From: Octopus sinensis
Taxonomy: Eukaryota
NCBI RefSeq assembly: GCF_006345805.1
Contig: NC_043006.1
Location: forward strand, 21,762,001 to 21,826,000
DNA: 64,000 nt
Direction of reading: 5' to 3'
Under the pieces are notes generated by a model that had not been told where the DNA came from, ran no database searches, and saw only the letters and a list, made by a program, of their open reading frames with translations. Shown here in pieces: positions 13,280 through 26,885 of this stretch (positions within the stretch are counted from its first letter, which is position 1; every line of letters begins with the position of its first letter). Both the position numbers and the translations under genes were made by a program.

Positions 13280-14460
13280 TTTCTCTGCATCAATTAATTG
13301 TGCATGGATTGAAATCCAGCCTTCCTTCACGACTCTCGCGTCCGTTCTTCTAGAGAATAGTTTGGCATTGGTGAGAATTTTCTTCATTGTCTTAGGCTGT
13401 TTGCTGCTTTTAAGGATTTTATGGTTACATCGAAAGTTTTCCCTACCACGCCCTGCACAAACAAAAAAAATTACTTCAAATTTCGGCACCACCCAATGGA
13501 AAGAACTAACTGAACTACAAAAGAATGAGGAAATAACGATCAAAGAAGGAAACAAAGGAAGTGCAGTAGTGGTAATGGCCACATTTTACTACAAAAATCT
13601 AGCATTATCCATACTTAATAATGATGAATACTATGAAAAATTCAACAGTTACACAAAAAAAATAATGAAAAATCTCTTTTCAATAATCCAGACCCACGGA
13701 AAAAACCTAACAAAAAAAAAACAGAAATAGACTATTTGACAAACATTAAATGTAAACCCAGCCTTTTTGCAGTCTACCTAAAATTCACAAAAGCCAAACT
13801 ATAAATGAAGCCATCAAAAATCTCCCGAGGCATACATACATACATACATACATACATACATACATACATACATACACCAGCACCAGGAGACCTAAAATTA
13901 AGGCCCATTGTAGGTGGACTTACCTGTGAAACACATCAATTAAGTTGCTTCATGGACATTCGCCTGAAACCATTTCTAAAACATATCAAGAGTCATACTA
14001 GAGATGACTTAGATATGTTAAATCACCTTCTAGAAAGAGTCGAGGAGGAAACAATCATGGTATCATTCGTGTGATTAATTTATACACCAACGCACCCCAT
14101 AGTTATGAAATAGAAGCAATCCGTTTCTGGCTGGACAAATATCCAGAAGAAATACCAGAACGGATCAACAGAGACTTTATAATCGAATCAATTAAATTCA
14201 TCCTCCAAAACAATCATTTCATGTTTGACAGTACTGTTTATCGCAAAAAATCTGGAATCGCAATGGGAACCAGGGCAGCCCCGACCATTGCCAATCTAAC
14301 AATGGGCTATTTAAAAATAACAATATATCATGAGTCGTTTTCAAAATTTGGAAACACTCTCCCCCAATACATAAAAGAAAACTGGAAAAGGTTTTTGGAC
14401 GACTGCTTCATCCTCTGGAATGAAAACATAGATAAGCTCCTGGGATGCAAAATAAATTAG
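13280..14460 (+). mobile_element. Penelope-like retroelement RT fragment (frameshifted), with a 5' inverted piece at 13280-13435
   Basis: Motifs ITIKEGNKGSAVVVM, LPKIHK, LRPIV, NLYTN, GIAMGTRAAPTIANLTMG, WKRFLDDCF are typical of PLE RT. The minus-strand piece KILKSSKQPKTMKKILTNAKL resembles the PLE RT-EN linker. Interrupted by (CATA)n. Confidence 0.85.
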
Positions 14461-14717
14461 TGAACAATTATCTCTCCTAGCAATTTATCTCTTTCAACTC
14501 TCAGTTTGATGAGCAATGCGAAACCGGTCATTACTATAATTATGTTGAAAGAACAAAACCTTATTTTGTACAAAAGTGTATATCTTTATTATCGTGACTT
14601 TAATATACTCTTAAATCATGAAAACAAATCTTCTGTGTTTTTTTCATCCTTTCTCTTTCTCTATTTATATCCACCACGTGTGTTTCCCCACTAAAATATT
14701 TTTTACCTTATATATAC

Positions 14718-14775
<58 letters not shown>

Positions 14776-15073
14776 CTCAAAATAAGCAACAAGAATGACT
14801 CCGGTAATTTGGCACTATCGTTTCGTACTACATCATTTTATTAAATTTTGTAAGTATTACAACAGTTTTAAAATGCTGAGCACTCATCAGCCAATTATAG
14901 AGGTTTTTCCATTAATACAAAAATTTTCATATCAAGTGGCAACATTATAGAGAAGGTATATATATAGACAAAGATGTGGATTTAAATTTTAAGAACATTT
15001 GCGGTAGTGGAGCCCATCAACTGACTGACTAAAGTTAAGTACCATATTCATTTGAATCTAAATTTTTGCTGAA

Positions 15074-15119
<46 letters not shown>

Positions 15120-15505
15120 TAGCCGTGTGGTAAGAAAATTTTTTGTCAACCACATGGCCCCTGATTCAGTCCCTCTACGTGGAACCATGGGTAGTACCTT
15201 CTACAATATCCTCGAGCCTTGTTAGTGGATTTGGTGGACGGAAACATATGTATGTGTGTCTCTGTGTCGGTGCTTATCGCTCATTACCGCTTGGCAACCG
15301 GTAAAAGTAATCGATAGCGGTTCGGTAAAAGTAATCGATAAAATGTACCAAGCTTAAAATAAAAGTACCGAGGTCGATTCATGCGGCTAACAATCCTTCA
15401 AAGCGGTGCCTCAGCATGGTCACAGTCTAATGACTGAAAATGTAAATGGTAAAAGATGTATATCTTTTACTTTTACACACACATATGTATATGTGTGTTT
15501 GTATG

Positions 15506-15543
<38 letters not shown>

Positions 15544-16312
15544 AACATATATTTATAGACACACACACATAAATTATAGTTAGTATTATAAACCAATATT
15601 ATTCTTAAACTCCAAATCGCATGAAAATGTTTATAAAAATGTCCATCTTGTTTTCTTTTGAAATCTTTAGAATATTTCAGTTTTATTTTTATTGATTTTC
15701 CTCTCATTTTACCATATATTAGTTAACTTGCTCTCTATAATCTTTCATGCATAATTTGCTTCCATGGTATCGAACTATATTATTTATATACAATAAATTT
15801 CTGAGTGAATTCGCATTATAATTTATATTTTATTCATCCATGCACTACTATTTTCCAATCACAATTGATTTTTTAATATTCTGAACCACACGCTCTGAGC
15901 GTTTTTGCTTTACTAGATTTTGTTTTTCAAAGTTTTTTAACTACTTATTTTCTTCTAATAATCCCCCCCCCCCACACACACACACACATTCTGCACTTCT
16001 CCCAATACCGTTCGTTTCCTTATAAGAGAAACTTCTATGTTTCGTATCTTTCTCTGGTCTAACAACTTTTTTCGAACTTACAAAATTTAACGATTGTTTT
16101 TCATCCATACAGTATACACTATTTTTGACGACAGTATACTCGTCCTAATCGAAAAACATCGAGAAATTAAAGAAAAACCTATAAAAGAATTTCGTGAAAA
16201 GGACTTCGTAATAAAAGTCAACATCCAGAGCAATACAAACAACACCTACAATTCTCAATGAAGGACAAAACGTAAAACTATGTTGTTTTCCTCGCAGACA
16301 GAAACATAAAAG

Positions 16313-16364
16313 AAATTATGCGACTTGGTTTCATGGTTGACTGGCCACTCTTCAGGGAGTAATT
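16313..16364 (-). ncRNA. Type I hammerhead motif, partly degenerate
   Basis: CUGAAGA-GUGG[CCAGUCAA]CCAU-GAAAC[CAA]GUC/ with imperfect stem I (AAUUACUCC / GCAUAAUU). Confidence 0.5.
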
Positions 16365-16500
16365 ACCTATCATTACACTGTCTTCAAAGTGAACAGAAAC
16401 ACACTGAAATTTGGAAGACAGTTATACACACACGCGAGCGCACGTACACACACAGACACACACAGACACACACACACATGTTTTGTGCATGTCTGTGTGT

Positions 16501-16532
<32 letters not shown>

Positions 16533-16604
16533 CTGTGTGTATGTGTGTGTGTGTGTATGTGCATAAGTATATACGTATATATGTATGCGTGCGTATATAA
16601 TTCT

Positions 16605-18062
16605 GTGACAGGGTTAAAGAGCATTGATCAAGCTAGTTTGCCTGGGAAGTTCAAGGTGTGGTGCATGCATTTTGGGTTGCTCCCAAGACTACTGTGGCCC
16701 ATAACTGTGTATGAAGTTTCTCTAACAAAGATTGAGACAATTAAATGGAAGGTTAATAAGATGGTAAGGAAGTGGCTTGTCCTTTCGAAGTGCCTTTCAT
16801 CTGTCGCCCTTTATGGCAACCAGGGTATGCTCCAGATGTACAAGGTTTCCAAGGTGCGTCTGCAATCAATGCTGTCTGAGTCGAGGGACACTGTGATCCA
16901 CGACAATCCACCAGATTTGAACACTGGTAGAAAGTGGATGGTCAGTGAGGCGATGCAGCAGCCTGATGAGATGGCCCAGCATGCTGAAGTGCGTGGAGTG
17001 ATTATAGACGGCAGGGCTGGCGAGAGACTTGTCAAGAGAGAGCGGTTTTGGTCTGAGTCAAGTGAACAAGAACAGCAGAAGCTACGTGAACAAGTAAGGC
17101 AGCTGGAAGTTGAGCGGTGCCAGGGTCACGCAGTGCAACAAGCACAGCAGGGTCGGTGGCTGAATTGGGATGATGTTGAAAAGCTGGAGTTGAAGTGGTC
17201 TGCTTGGTGGCGGTTGAGTGCAGGGCATTTGAAAGCTCTGATCCAGACTGCATATGATGTGCATCCATCTCCAGCAAATCTCAACAAATGGGGTATCAAG
17301 AGAGTCCACAGTGCCACTTGTGCGGGAAGTATGGCAATCTCAAACACATGCTGTCAGCTTGCCCAAAAGCACTCCAATCTGGATGGTGTACATTTGGACA
17401 TAATTTAGTGCTAAACATTGTTATCCAGCTGCAAGAGAGAGTTGAGTGCCTGAATTGAGCTTGTGCAAGCATTTGCGAAGCAAAGTGTGATGCCAAAGAG
17501 ACAGAAACCTCTGCAGGCCGAAGAAAGAAAACAGGTTTTCGTGGACAAGCTATTGCCTGAAAGCATCGTTGTGTCAGCACTCCGGCCTGACCTAGTTTTG
17601 GTAGATGAGGGTCAGAGACGGGTGGTCCTTGGGGAGCTTACTGTGCCACGGAAGGTGAGTATTGCTGAGGCCCATGAGCGGAAGCTGTTGGGCTATGAAG
17701 CTGAGATTCGGGAGAAGGGCTACATCTGTGAGTTGATTGCGTTCGAGGTCGGCTGCAGGGGTTTCCCAGCAGCTTCTCTCAGAAGGTTTCTGAAGGTAGC
17801 TGGTGTATCTGCTGTGAGGAAGACCACCAGGGAATGTGGGGAGAAAGCAATTGAGGGTAGTGCTTGGATTACCAGGAGGTTTGTGAAAGCGTATCAGACC
17901 ACAGAACCGGCATGAGTCCGGTTGCAATACAATATGTCCAGCTGTTGCAGGCCCACCGTGTGGAGAGATACTGAGCATAATGGGCCGAAATCTTGTCGAA
18001 ACACGGCACTCAGCTGATGATTGCAGCTGGGCGAGAAATGGAGAGCACTCGGTGTTTTCTTC
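16605..18062 (+). mobile_element. 5'-truncated Hero-like RT-REL non-LTR retrotransposon
   Basis: LPGKFKVWCMHFGLLPRLLWP...KWL.LSKCLSSVALYG, QQGRWLNW and YDVHPSPANLNKWG, then REL endonuclease RPDLVLVD..VLGELTVP..AHERK..Y..FEVGCRGF ending at 17915. Frameshifts around the CCHC knuckle; GC-richer 3' UTR. Confidence 0.8.
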
Positions 18063-18999
18063 TACTGTGTGTATGAGCATGCATGCGTGTAGATGTACGC
18101 ATCTGCACGGGTTCATGAAAAATGAGCTCGCATATACACTTTCATTGTTTTTAAAAACATTAATTCATAGTATTTCTTAATTTTACAACTTCAAAATATT
18201 ACGTAAACAACAGCGCTATTTCATGTCTCCGCTCGTATGAAGTTTAAGACGTTTATAATATCAGGAGAACCGGAAATGAAATTTTAAAAAAACGTGACCT
18301 TGAAAGCAACCGTTTTTTTTTTTTGTACGTGTCGTCCACAAAGGTTTTAAAACAAAAGAACATAAAGATAAGCGTTTTCTTGAAATTTCCACTTCCTATT
18401 TCAAAATTTATTCAAACAGTGAATATTTCTCATCTTTTCCGGTTGCTGTCACAGATTTCGTACTGTTTTTCAATTTTGTTTACTTTTGGTTTTCAAATTT
18501 GGTATACCGATTTAGTTTTGGACGTTAATTATGAAAATGAAATTAATTTTCGCTATAAATTAATAAATAACAAGAAAATTGCTATGTGATCGTGGTGTCA
18601 GACGTGGCATGCAGACTACCGCATAACTTGTTTGACAGTTGCGTTTTTATTCTTCTCTTCCGTTTTATTTTGTCTTGCGCATTGCGTCTTTATTTTTCTC
18701 ATCCGTTTTACGAATTCAGTGTGCGCACGTGCATTGCGTGTTCACACTTCTTTTCCCGATTCCTACTCAAAACTGTTTACAGATCACAATCATCTCACGA
18801 ACTGCGTCCGTTTTTGAAGCTTCGATTTTTTTCGATAATTTCAGCCAATCGAAAACCACTATTATACACATGACGTTAATCTCACATTGGTGTCTGTTTC
18901 CATAGTAACAAGCAAAGCTGTGGCCTGCTCTGTTATCATTTTAAAACGGATGCGGTACGAGTTTGACTGTGACACTTTCACCACCACCTTACTATGGTG

Positions 19000-20150
19000 G
19001 TAGAATGTTTGAGCTTGGAATGTTTCAGCGTGCAGATCTTTTCAGAAACATTACGCATTCCTCTAAGTGCTTTTTCTTGTTCACTGAAAGCTTAAATTCC
19101 GTTTCGATTTTCACAAGTGATGGATCTTCGTTGTGTTTCTTTTGGAAGAATTCCTGTAGACGAAGTCTTCTTCAAAATTCCTCAGTATCTTTGATAAGAT
19201 TTATTGAATCAGATGTAGGAGTTGATATGAATTTAAGTCCTTATCCCAGTTCTATTTCGCTGTGATAGTTTTATCGCCTTTGGGTCAGATGGTTCGCTAT
19301 TTCCTTGACTCTTTGTGTCATTAGAATTTTCTTTCGTTTCTATTTGGAACTTCTGCTCTCTAAAAAAAGATTTCTTGCTCTATGAGCCATTTACCCTTTC
19401 TTTCAGTTATTCTATTTTGTTGGAAGGAGATTTTCCAGTTCTTGTACCATCTGCCTTGAGATGATATGTTCTTAAGTTTTTGATCTGTTCTTCCATTGTT
19501 ATTTTTTCTATCTTGGTATGTTGGCTCTTCGTGCTATGCACTCTTTTATTTGATGCTCTATTTTGATTTATTCTCCTAATATTATAGTTCGGAAGTCTTT
19601 TGTAGTAGATGGGTTTGTGTAAGCATGAGTTATTGAATTCCTTTCCTTTTTTTCAATAATACTAATATATAAGAAAGGATGGGTTGTTACCCTTTGTTCT
19701 ATTTTTAGATTTGACTTGTAACCTGATACAAAAGGTGCTATAGATCTTTCTGTTGTTATTAAATTCTGTCGTTTTTCAGATATATTATCACTAGTTCTGC
19801 TTCGATTTTTTTTTCCTATTTTTATAAACACAGTTTTGATTCTAGTATTTTATTTGATTTGGTTTCTTGTATCTCTAAATGTTTTTTTCCCCATAAACCT
19901 AATAGTTTCTCACGTACTTTTTTCCGTTCGTTTGTTCGGTAATTTCTTTCAGCATTATGGCATCATATTATATGAATTTCTCTTGAATCGTTGTGTGCGA
20001 AGAGTTAAAAATGTTAATTCTGCTTCGAATTTTTCACGAACGAGATTTATTCGGATTTTCGTTTTTTTTTTTTTTTCATTTCGTTCATTTCGTATCTTTG
20101 AAACGGAATTTACGTGAAAAATAACTGGTTCTTATTTTGTTTGTTTTTGT
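19000..20150 (-). mobile_element. Degenerate PLE ORF N-terminal region
   Basis: Minus strand reads GLKFISTP..DTEEF*RRLRLQEFF..DPSLVK, matching the PLE pre-RT region (KGLxFxPTP...FxRxLRLxEFF). Confidence 0.65.
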
Positions 20151-20860
20151 ATTTTTTGTTTGTTTGTTTTTTTTCAATCTAAGTATGTGTCTGCGAAATT
20201 TTCGTTTGTGATTACTTTCCTATAAGCTTGTTTTCTTTTACTTAATAAACTATTCCATATCAATATCTCGTTTGTTTTCTTGTACGCATCATTCTCGAAA
20301 TGAATTTCATTCCATTCCTTAAACATAGTCTGTGTATTTGAATGATCTGTTGTTCTTGGCATCACAGAGGTCGGACACGTAGTTTCTGTAGAGTTTATAG
20401 TGTGTTTTAATATCAATGTGAAGGCACGCGGCTTAGAGAGTAGGATAGTTGGCTCATGATCGTAAGGTAGCGAGTTCGATTCCCGGCAGCGCGTAGCGTC
20501 ATTGAGCAAGACACATTATTTCACGTTGCTACAGTCTGCTGGCAAAAATATATTGTACCTGTAATTCAAGGGCCCACCTCGTCATATTCTCCGTCACGCT
20601 GAATCTCCCTGGGAACTACATTAAGGAAACGCGCGTCTATTGAGTGCTCAGCCACTTGCACGATAATTCCTTGCGCAGAGTGTTCCGTTGATCGGGTCAA
20701 CTGGAACCCTCGTCGTCAACAAAGATTTTGCCTTTTCTTCTGTAAATATTAGCCTGTTCTTCTATTTCTCTAAATCTTGATATATATAGTGGATTGTAAT
20801 ACTGGAATAAGCAGGTATGCTTTAAGAGGAGGCAGCTTGGATTTTCCCTACATACATTAC

Positions 20861-21136
<276 letters not shown>

Positions 21137-22389
21137 TGTGTGTGTTTGTGTGTCTGTGTTTGTCCCCCTAGCATTGCTTGACAACCGATGCTGGTGTGTT
21201 TATGTCCTCGTTACTTAGCGGTTCGGCAAAAGAGACCGATAGAATAAGTACTGGGCTTACAAAAGAATAAGTCCCGGGGTCGAGTTGCTCGATTAAAGGC
21301 GATGCTCCAGCATGGCCGCAGTCAAATGACTGAAACAAGTAAAAGAGTAAAAGAGTAAAGAGTATATATACATATATATATATTGGTAAAAACGGTAAGA
21401 TAACAAAAGAGAGAAAGAGACGTCAGTATTATGTAAATAGAGGAAATTTATCTATAAAATAGTATGTTACATTACTCGATAGTCAAGATAAAACTCTGAG
21501 TTTCAGATGCCGAAGTGGAAATCCACAACACCATCTCTTATACACACACAATACTTAACCGTTGATGTGAGTGAGAGTTCGTAAACGAGCTTACGTACAC
21601 GTAATCCGACCATTCAACATCCTTTTCAACTAGCGTCTGACTTTCTGCATTTCCAAATGCAAATTAACAACAGGATACTGCTAATAAACGCTTAAATGAA
21701 ACTGTCACTCGAGAGAAGAATTTCAGTTGATTCTCATTTATATGAAGATCTCGTTATTTAACGTGAAACTTTGAGTAGCAGGCGTAGCTGTATGGTACGA
21801 AGCTTGCTACCTAGCCACATAGTCTTGCGTTCAGTCCCCCTACGTGGCACCTTGAGTAAGTGTCTTCTACTATAGCCTCGGGCAGACCAAAGATTTGTGA
21901 ATGGACCTGGTTGACGGAACCTGAAAGAAGCCCATCGTATATATGTATATATACATACATCAATGTGTGTATGTGTGTGTGTTTGTGTTTGTTTGTTCCC
22001 TCGCCAACACTTGAAAACTGATGGTAGTATGTTTACGTTCCCGTACCTTAGCGGTTCAGCAAAAGAGTTCGATAGAATAAGTACTGAGCTTTACAAAAAA
22101 TAAGTCCTGGGGTCGATTCATTCGGCTAAAAATTTTTCAAGGCGGTGTCCCGGCATGGCTGCAGTCTAACGTCTGAAACAAGTAAAAGATAAAGATAAAG
22201 GCGTAGGAGTGGCTGTGTGGTAAGTAGCTTGCTTACCAATCACATGGTTCTGGGTTCAGTCCCACTACGTGGCACCTTGGGCAAGTGTCTTCTACTATAG
22301 CCTCGGGCTGACCAAAGCCTTGTCAGTGGATTTGGTAGACGGAAACTGAAAGAAGCCTGTCGTATATATGTATACATATATATATATGT

Positions 22390-23260
22390 ATACAAATTTT
22401 TGAGTCGCAGTCATTCATCAGGTGGTTTAAATATCTAAAATATAATCAATATTTTTAAGATATAAATAATATATATAATCTAAAATAATAATTTACTTAT
22501 AATAAACTCTATTATTAAATATGATTATATCGAAATCGACTATAATGTTAAATATTAACCTTAATTTATAAGGTAGAAAACCCATATTCTAATATCAATA
22601 TTAGTCTTTATCTAATTACATAAATATTTAAAATGACTAATATATATAAATATTATAATCAAGATCTAAAATCTCTATAAATAATTGTATAATAATGAAA
22701 ACCTAATAAATTTAATTTTTCATATTTAAAGATGAAATAGCTAATTTCAAAATACAAATAAACTAACTTAAACTGACTTTCAAAATCTTACGTAAAATAC
22801 TTATAGAAATATTCAATTCTTAGTAACATAGTATTAAATAAATACTATAAGTACTATAAACATAATTATGAATGGGAATAATTATCTAATATAAATTATG
22901 CTATTAAATTAGACATGGCCTAGACCATCTTTAGTCGAAACATATCTAATTTTATCAAAGTTTATCTAATTTATTTAATATTTAATAACATAGAAAATTA
23001 CGATAATTAGATCATTACATAAACAACAATATTTACATAAGGAGAATATTATTACTTCAAAGGCTTATACAATATTAAAATTAACAATTTAAAGATCTTA
23101 CAAAAGATGCATACTTTTCTTGGCGAGGTTTAAACAATGAACTAATTTTGAATCAAAAAACGTCTTATTTTTTTTAATAATTTTGTTACATATTTAAATA
23201 ATATAAATTAATCATATGTATTGGCTTAAGTCTTTCATTGTTTGATTTGCCTAATAGTGG
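22390..23260 (+). mobile_element. Extremely AT-rich decayed L1/Tx1-like ORF2 C-terminal fragment
   Basis: SGGLNI at the start and YFSWRGLNNEL..FHC near the end resemble L1/Tx1 GGLG(L/I) and FxWRxLxNxLPT...HxFxxC motifs; many in-frame stops. Confidence 0.4.
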
Positions 23261-23322
23261 TTTTGTCTCTAATTTAATATAATATATATATATAAAACAA
23301 GCATACATACATACATACAAAG

Positions 23323-23365
<43 letters not shown>

Positions 23366-23945
23366 ATTTATGTATTATGTATACATGTATGTATGTATGC
23401 ATGTATTATGTTTGTGTGTATGTATGTTTAAACAAATGACGTATATGCTGACATGCTAAGAGATGAATTGACCTTTCATTTTCTTTGACAAATTTACTCG
23501 TTCGCATAGAAAGCATTCCATAATTAGTTGACAAATTCTGTGCACTATCTTCATGATTCCTCTCATTTTCTTTCAGTGTCTTAAGATGGAAGAGGGTATT
23601 CACAGGTAGATTCCGTAAACTGCTGAACAAAATGCCGTGTTGTGTTCATGTTGCCCTTCAGCCTTTCAGAGTTACAAGGGTACTGGAACCAGTAATATAC
23701 TGGGCTCAATTTAATCTACAGTTTTCTTTCTCTGAAAAATTTGTGAACTTGTGTCAGTGTTAAAAATCAATATAAGCAGTGAAAAAAGTAAATGAGTACT
23801 CTTGCTGGTAGCGAATTATGACCTTCAAAAACTATCTTTATTCTTCTCACAAAAAAAAAATGTAAAATATCTTCAAATTATATTATGATTTCAGCTTATT
23901 TTTCCTTATTTACTTTTTCTGGTTTGATTTTTTCTTTTTCTTTAG

Positions 23946-24541
23946 GAGAAAACCAACGAAATCAACCTGGTAACTCCATGCGCATGTGCGTCTTTGAAGG
24001 AAGCCCTTCAAGAAACTCTGAAAACCGGCCCATCGTCACACCCAAGCGTCGACGCTATGACCTCCAGTCGGGTGTACGTCAATCGAACTTGGACAGGAAC
24101 GTAGCGGCTAAAAAGAGAGTCATTAAAATGCTTGCTGTTGTAGTATTGGAGTTTTTTGTCTGCTGGACTCCGTTGTTCTTTGCACAAACCTGGCTGGCTT
24201 TTGACGCCCGTACTGCCCATTCACACATCTCGCCTATTGGTTTAGCTTTCATACATCTTCTGTCGTACGTGTCATCCTGCTGTAACCCAATCACGTACTG
24301 CTTTATGAACCGGAAATTCCGTGAGTCTTTCTTGGGGGCTTTCTGCTGCCGACGTAGACGAAGCCAGGCACCTGATATCGCTCAGTCAACATCACAGATA
24401 AGACAGGGAGAAAGTATAGCCACTGTGAACGCCTCCCTCAACTCAATCCGAATCCAGTTTGAACCGCCATTGAAGCATCTTCAGGAAATGAAACCGAACT
24501 TCAGTAACATAACAGAATCAGATGATACGTCCGACTCATAG
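23946..24541 (+). CDS. CCKAR: Terminal coding exon of a cholecystokinin/gastrin/sulfakinin-type receptor (class A GPCR; CCKAR-like)
   Basis: Translation contains AAKKRVIKMLAVVVLEFFVCWTP (TM6, CWxP), FIHLLSYVSSCCNPITYCFMNRKFR (TM7 NPxxY plus helix 8) and CC palmitoylation candidates, closely matching CCK/sulfakinin receptor motifs. A polypyrimidine tract and TTTAG acceptor end at 23945 (phase 1); stop TAG at 24539-24541. The symbol marks family likeness, not proven orthology. Confidence 0.9.
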
Positions 24542-26651
24542 CTATGTTATGTTGTTTATATTGTTATTGTTATTGTTATTGTTGTAGTTGTTGTTGCTAT
24601 CAACATTAACATTGTTGGTGTAATTGTTGTTGCTGTCGTCTGCGATGGTACTCCTGGGCAGCGGATTCTGAAGACGTCTAAAGATGAAAGAAAAAAGGAG
24701 TTTGAGTGAAAGACACAGAAATATTGACTAAGTCAGTGAATGAATTATTAATGAGTAAGTGTGTGAGTAAAACTTGTGTGTGACACTGTTGTTATTGATG
24801 AATTATAAATATGTTATGTAAATATTTGTCATGACGAAGGTGACAGAGAACTGCAAATGATAATTTCTCATACTCAAGTTTTTTGTTTTGATTTGTTTTT
24901 TATCAATAATTCGAATGTTTTTTTTTTTAATATTGTGGGTGAGGCCATCTAAGCAAACATCAAACAGACTTTGTAAGCGGGAAATAATTCTAACCCTCGA
25001 TCGTTAATTATTCTTTAGGAAGCATTAAAATGCCCCATTCACAGCAAGATACAGCTGTCAACTCTAAGGAATTTCCTCATACATTCAATGAAAAATTTCG
25101 AAGATCAAATCCAGAATGGAAAAAAAAATAAAAGAAAAGATAACTCTCTCTTGCAAACGTTCTCCCTTTTTACATTCAATGTTGTATAGTGTCTTCCTTC
25201 TGCTTATAATAGCTTCATTGCAACTGTCTCTCGTCTTCACGGCTCACTGCAACATTTAATCTAATCACAGAAAACGGTATTCGTACTTCCACTTACTGCC
25301 ACCTTCAGTCTCTTTCTCTCTCTCTCTATCTATCTATCTCTATCTTCCCGCTTTCTTTCTTCTACCTCTCCCTCTTTATATGTGTATTTATGCATATGTA
25401 TGTATTTGTGTATATGTATGCGTGTATGCGTGCGCCTGCGTGCGTGTGTGTGTGTGTGTGAGTAAGCCGTGTCTAACACTATAATAATAATAATAAAAAC
25501 ATTTATAGGAAGCCCTAAATCTAGACTAATTATACCCACAAAAACAAATTAGGAATAGTCGACAATACATTATATTTCGTGAGCTGAAACTAAATGAAAT
25601 ATAAATGCATCGAAAATAAAAACCAACTAAAAATCTCTCAAGTTCGATTTTGTTGAGTTCACCACATTTATATCTAGAAGTCTTTTTCAGCAAATTCTGA
25701 GATGAGTTCTTCGTTGAATCTATGGATAACGCTGACAGTGGAGAGATGACGGATGGCGAGAACTTGATTTTTAACTAGTGTTGAGAAATAAAATAAAAGA
25801 CGTCAATATATTTCATAGGCGCAGGAGTGGCTGTGTGGTAAGTAGCTTGCTAACCAACCACATGGTTCCGGGTTCAGTCCCACTGCGTGGCACCTTGGGC
25901 AAGTGTCTTCTGCTATAGCCCCGGGCCGACCAATGCTTTGTGAGTGGATTTGGTAGACGGAAACTGAAAGAAGCCTGTCGTATATATGTATATATGTATA
26001 TATGTGTGTGTGTGTGTTTGTGTGTCTGTGTTTGTGTGTCCCCCTAGCATTGCTTGACAACCGATGCTGGTGTGTCTACGTCCCCGCCACTTAGCGGTTC
26101 GGCAAAAGAGACCGATAGAATAAGTACTGGGCTTACAAAAGAATAAGTTCCGGGGTCGATTTGCTCGACTAAAAGGCGGTGCTCCAGCATGGCCGCAGTC
26201 AAATGACTGAAACAAGTAAAAAGAGTAAAAGAGAAAAGAGTATAGGATTATATATCGACAACGGATTCGCCGTGTCCCACATAAGTGACACTGAATTTTT
26301 TTTCTCTTTGTATTCAGATCTCGTCCAAAACTTACAGTATATACTAAACTAAAAATAGTTTACTTCCTAAGCGTAAGTGTTAGCCATACCATAAGCCGAC
26401 TGAAGAAACTATACGTTAACAAAGGTTTCAATCACCCCACCACAATTATTGAGCATATCACGAACAATACCAGCAGACGTATGTACAAGCTATGATTAAA
26501 TAAAAAGGTCTTATAAAGCCACCCTGTACTATAATAAAGCGTTATGGAGAAGCAGTGTCAACGACCAGATAGACAATTCAGAAAATAAAACAGAAAATAA
26601 AACAGAATAGAATATAAAACAAATAAATAAAATGGTTAATATACCATACAA

Positions 26652-26885
26652 GGAGGCGCAATGGCCTAGTGGTTAGGGCAGCGGACTTGCGGTCGGAGGA
26701 TCGCGGTTTCGATTCCCAGACCGGGCGTTGTGTGTGTTTATTGAGCGAAAACACCTAAAAGCTCCACGAGGCTCCGGCAGGAGGTGGTGATCCCTGCTGT
26801 ACTCTTTCACCACTCTAAAAGGCGGTGCTCCAGCATGGCCGCAGTCAAATGACTGAAACAAGTACAGAAAAAAAAAAAAAAAAAA
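26652..26885 (+). mobile_element. Chimeric SINE: family C head joined to family B 3' tail
   Basis: Family C sequence to ~26815, then AAAGGCGGTGCTCCAGCATGGCCGCAGTCAAATGACTGAAACAAGTA and an A-tract. Confidence 0.7.

Noticed and set aside
14845-14895. CTGATGA-GTGC..GCAT motif (-); similar remnants at ~30501 and ~37656
   Set aside because: The GAAA or stems I/III are disrupted, so they are not called as ribozymes.
17990-18060. Hammerhead in the Hero 3' UTR (GAAAC...CTGATGA...GAAA)
   Set aside because: Stems I and III cannot be formed in type I or type II topology.
22390-23260. Mitochondrial insertion (NUMT)
   Set aside because: No recognisable mitochondrial rRNA, tRNA or protein motif, and no open frame under TGA=Trp in the frames checked; L1-like motifs fit better.
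23885-23945. ATG-initiated N-terminus of the 218-aa GPCR ORF
   Set aside because: This is the intron polypyrimidine tract ending in AG; the receptor lacks TM1-5 here, so it is an internal/terminal exon, not a start.
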